Made by a program: the position numbers and the translations under genes. DNA of 63,384 nt, filler included, from Craspedostauros australis (taxonomy: Eukaryota), in assembly GCA_030167865.1 (NCBI GenBank). It is 17 parts of 17 records of this genome, joined end to end, with 100 filler letters (N's around TTAATTAATTAA, not from the genome) between each part and the next. Parts side by side here need not be neighbours in the genome. Positions count along the whole stretch, not along the records: positions 61,665 to 63,384 come from JALAGF010003402.1; 16 more parts are not named here. The stretch is one strand, 5' to 3'. Each line of letters starts with the position of its first letter. Within the stretch, counting starts at the first letter, position 1. The notes under the pieces were generated by a model. That model saw only the letters and a program-made list of their open reading frames with translations, made no database searches and had not been told where the DNA came from. This document shows positions 62,945-63,384 of the stretch, piece after piece.

Positions 62945-63384
62945 TCATTGCTTGGAATTGGACGGTGACTTCGTAACGTCGTCATGCTCATTATGGGAGG
63001 AACATCGCTGTGTCTGCCTCCGCCGCGTGGGCGTGAATGGAAGTGCGATGGAACCAACGCTGCGAGCGGCTATTACACTGCTGGAACTGCTGTTGCTTCT
63101 CGCGACTTCGGATGGCATGAATATCTGCTCGAGATCATCCATGCGCGTCATCTCCAACACATCCGAAATGACGCTAGCGATTCTGCGGCTGTGCGATCCT
63201 GCGCGAGCGGGTTCGTTGTCACTTTCCATGCCGCTATCGAGGTCGCTGCACTCCATCTGGGATGCTGTTGACGCCGAAAGCGGCATTGGCGGCGATGCGT
63301 GAAGCATCATGGGCAGCCACCCTTGCTGGTCCAGGTATTGCTGATGCTGGTGCTGCCGTCCGTGCTGGAGAAGCTGATTTAGAG
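62945..63384 (-). CDS. 3' end of an unknown low-complexity (Q/H/S-rich) protein
   Basis: Frame open from the window edge to the stop at 62945. Confidence 0.5.
   Translation of the reverse strand, partial: LNQLLQHGRQHQHQQYLDQQGWLPMMLHASPPMPLSASTASQMECSDLDSGMESDNEPARAGSHSRRIASVISDVLEMTRMDDLEQIFMPSEVARSNSSSSSVIAARSVGSIALPFTPTRRRQTQRCSSHNEHDDVTKSPSNSKQ

Overview
Eukaryotic draft-assembly sequence, most likely a pennate diatom (GT-AG introns, an ASAFAP-like bipartite plastid presequence, diatom-type NRT2 and GPCR, Copia and APE-RT LINE elements). It is not one locus: 17 contigs are joined by 100-nt N44-TTAATTAATTAA-N44 spacers. Four neighbouring contig pairs overlap as reverse complements and one pair is allelic. 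Host genes: Cys-rich-ectodomain GPCR, LAS1, an atypical DnaJ, a plastid-targeted unknown, a KCR-type SDR, a coiled-coil unknown, a COG3899-type ATPase C-terminus, a 901-aa secreted Cys-rich repeat protein, an exostosin/GT47 fragment, an LRR-like protein, a D-glutamate cyclase-like gene, a SAP protein and NRT2. RNA genes: tRNA-Trp(CCA) and a divergent U6 snRNA. Mobile DNA: an intron-containing PIF/Harbinger-type transposase, a Copia gag-pol junction and a decayed LINE. Best leads: (1) a 206-bp element with TAT...ATA ends, a 5-bp TSD and a complete tRNA-like Pol III cassette, inserted beside the LINE RT active site; (2) a correctly phased G_GAT_TTT -1 frameshift signal with a downstream stem/pseudoknot at the Copia gag-pol junction; (3) a U6 variant with a compensatory change in the catalytic stem-loop; (4) proteins built from uncharacterised repeat modules. 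All calls were made by eye; no searches were run.
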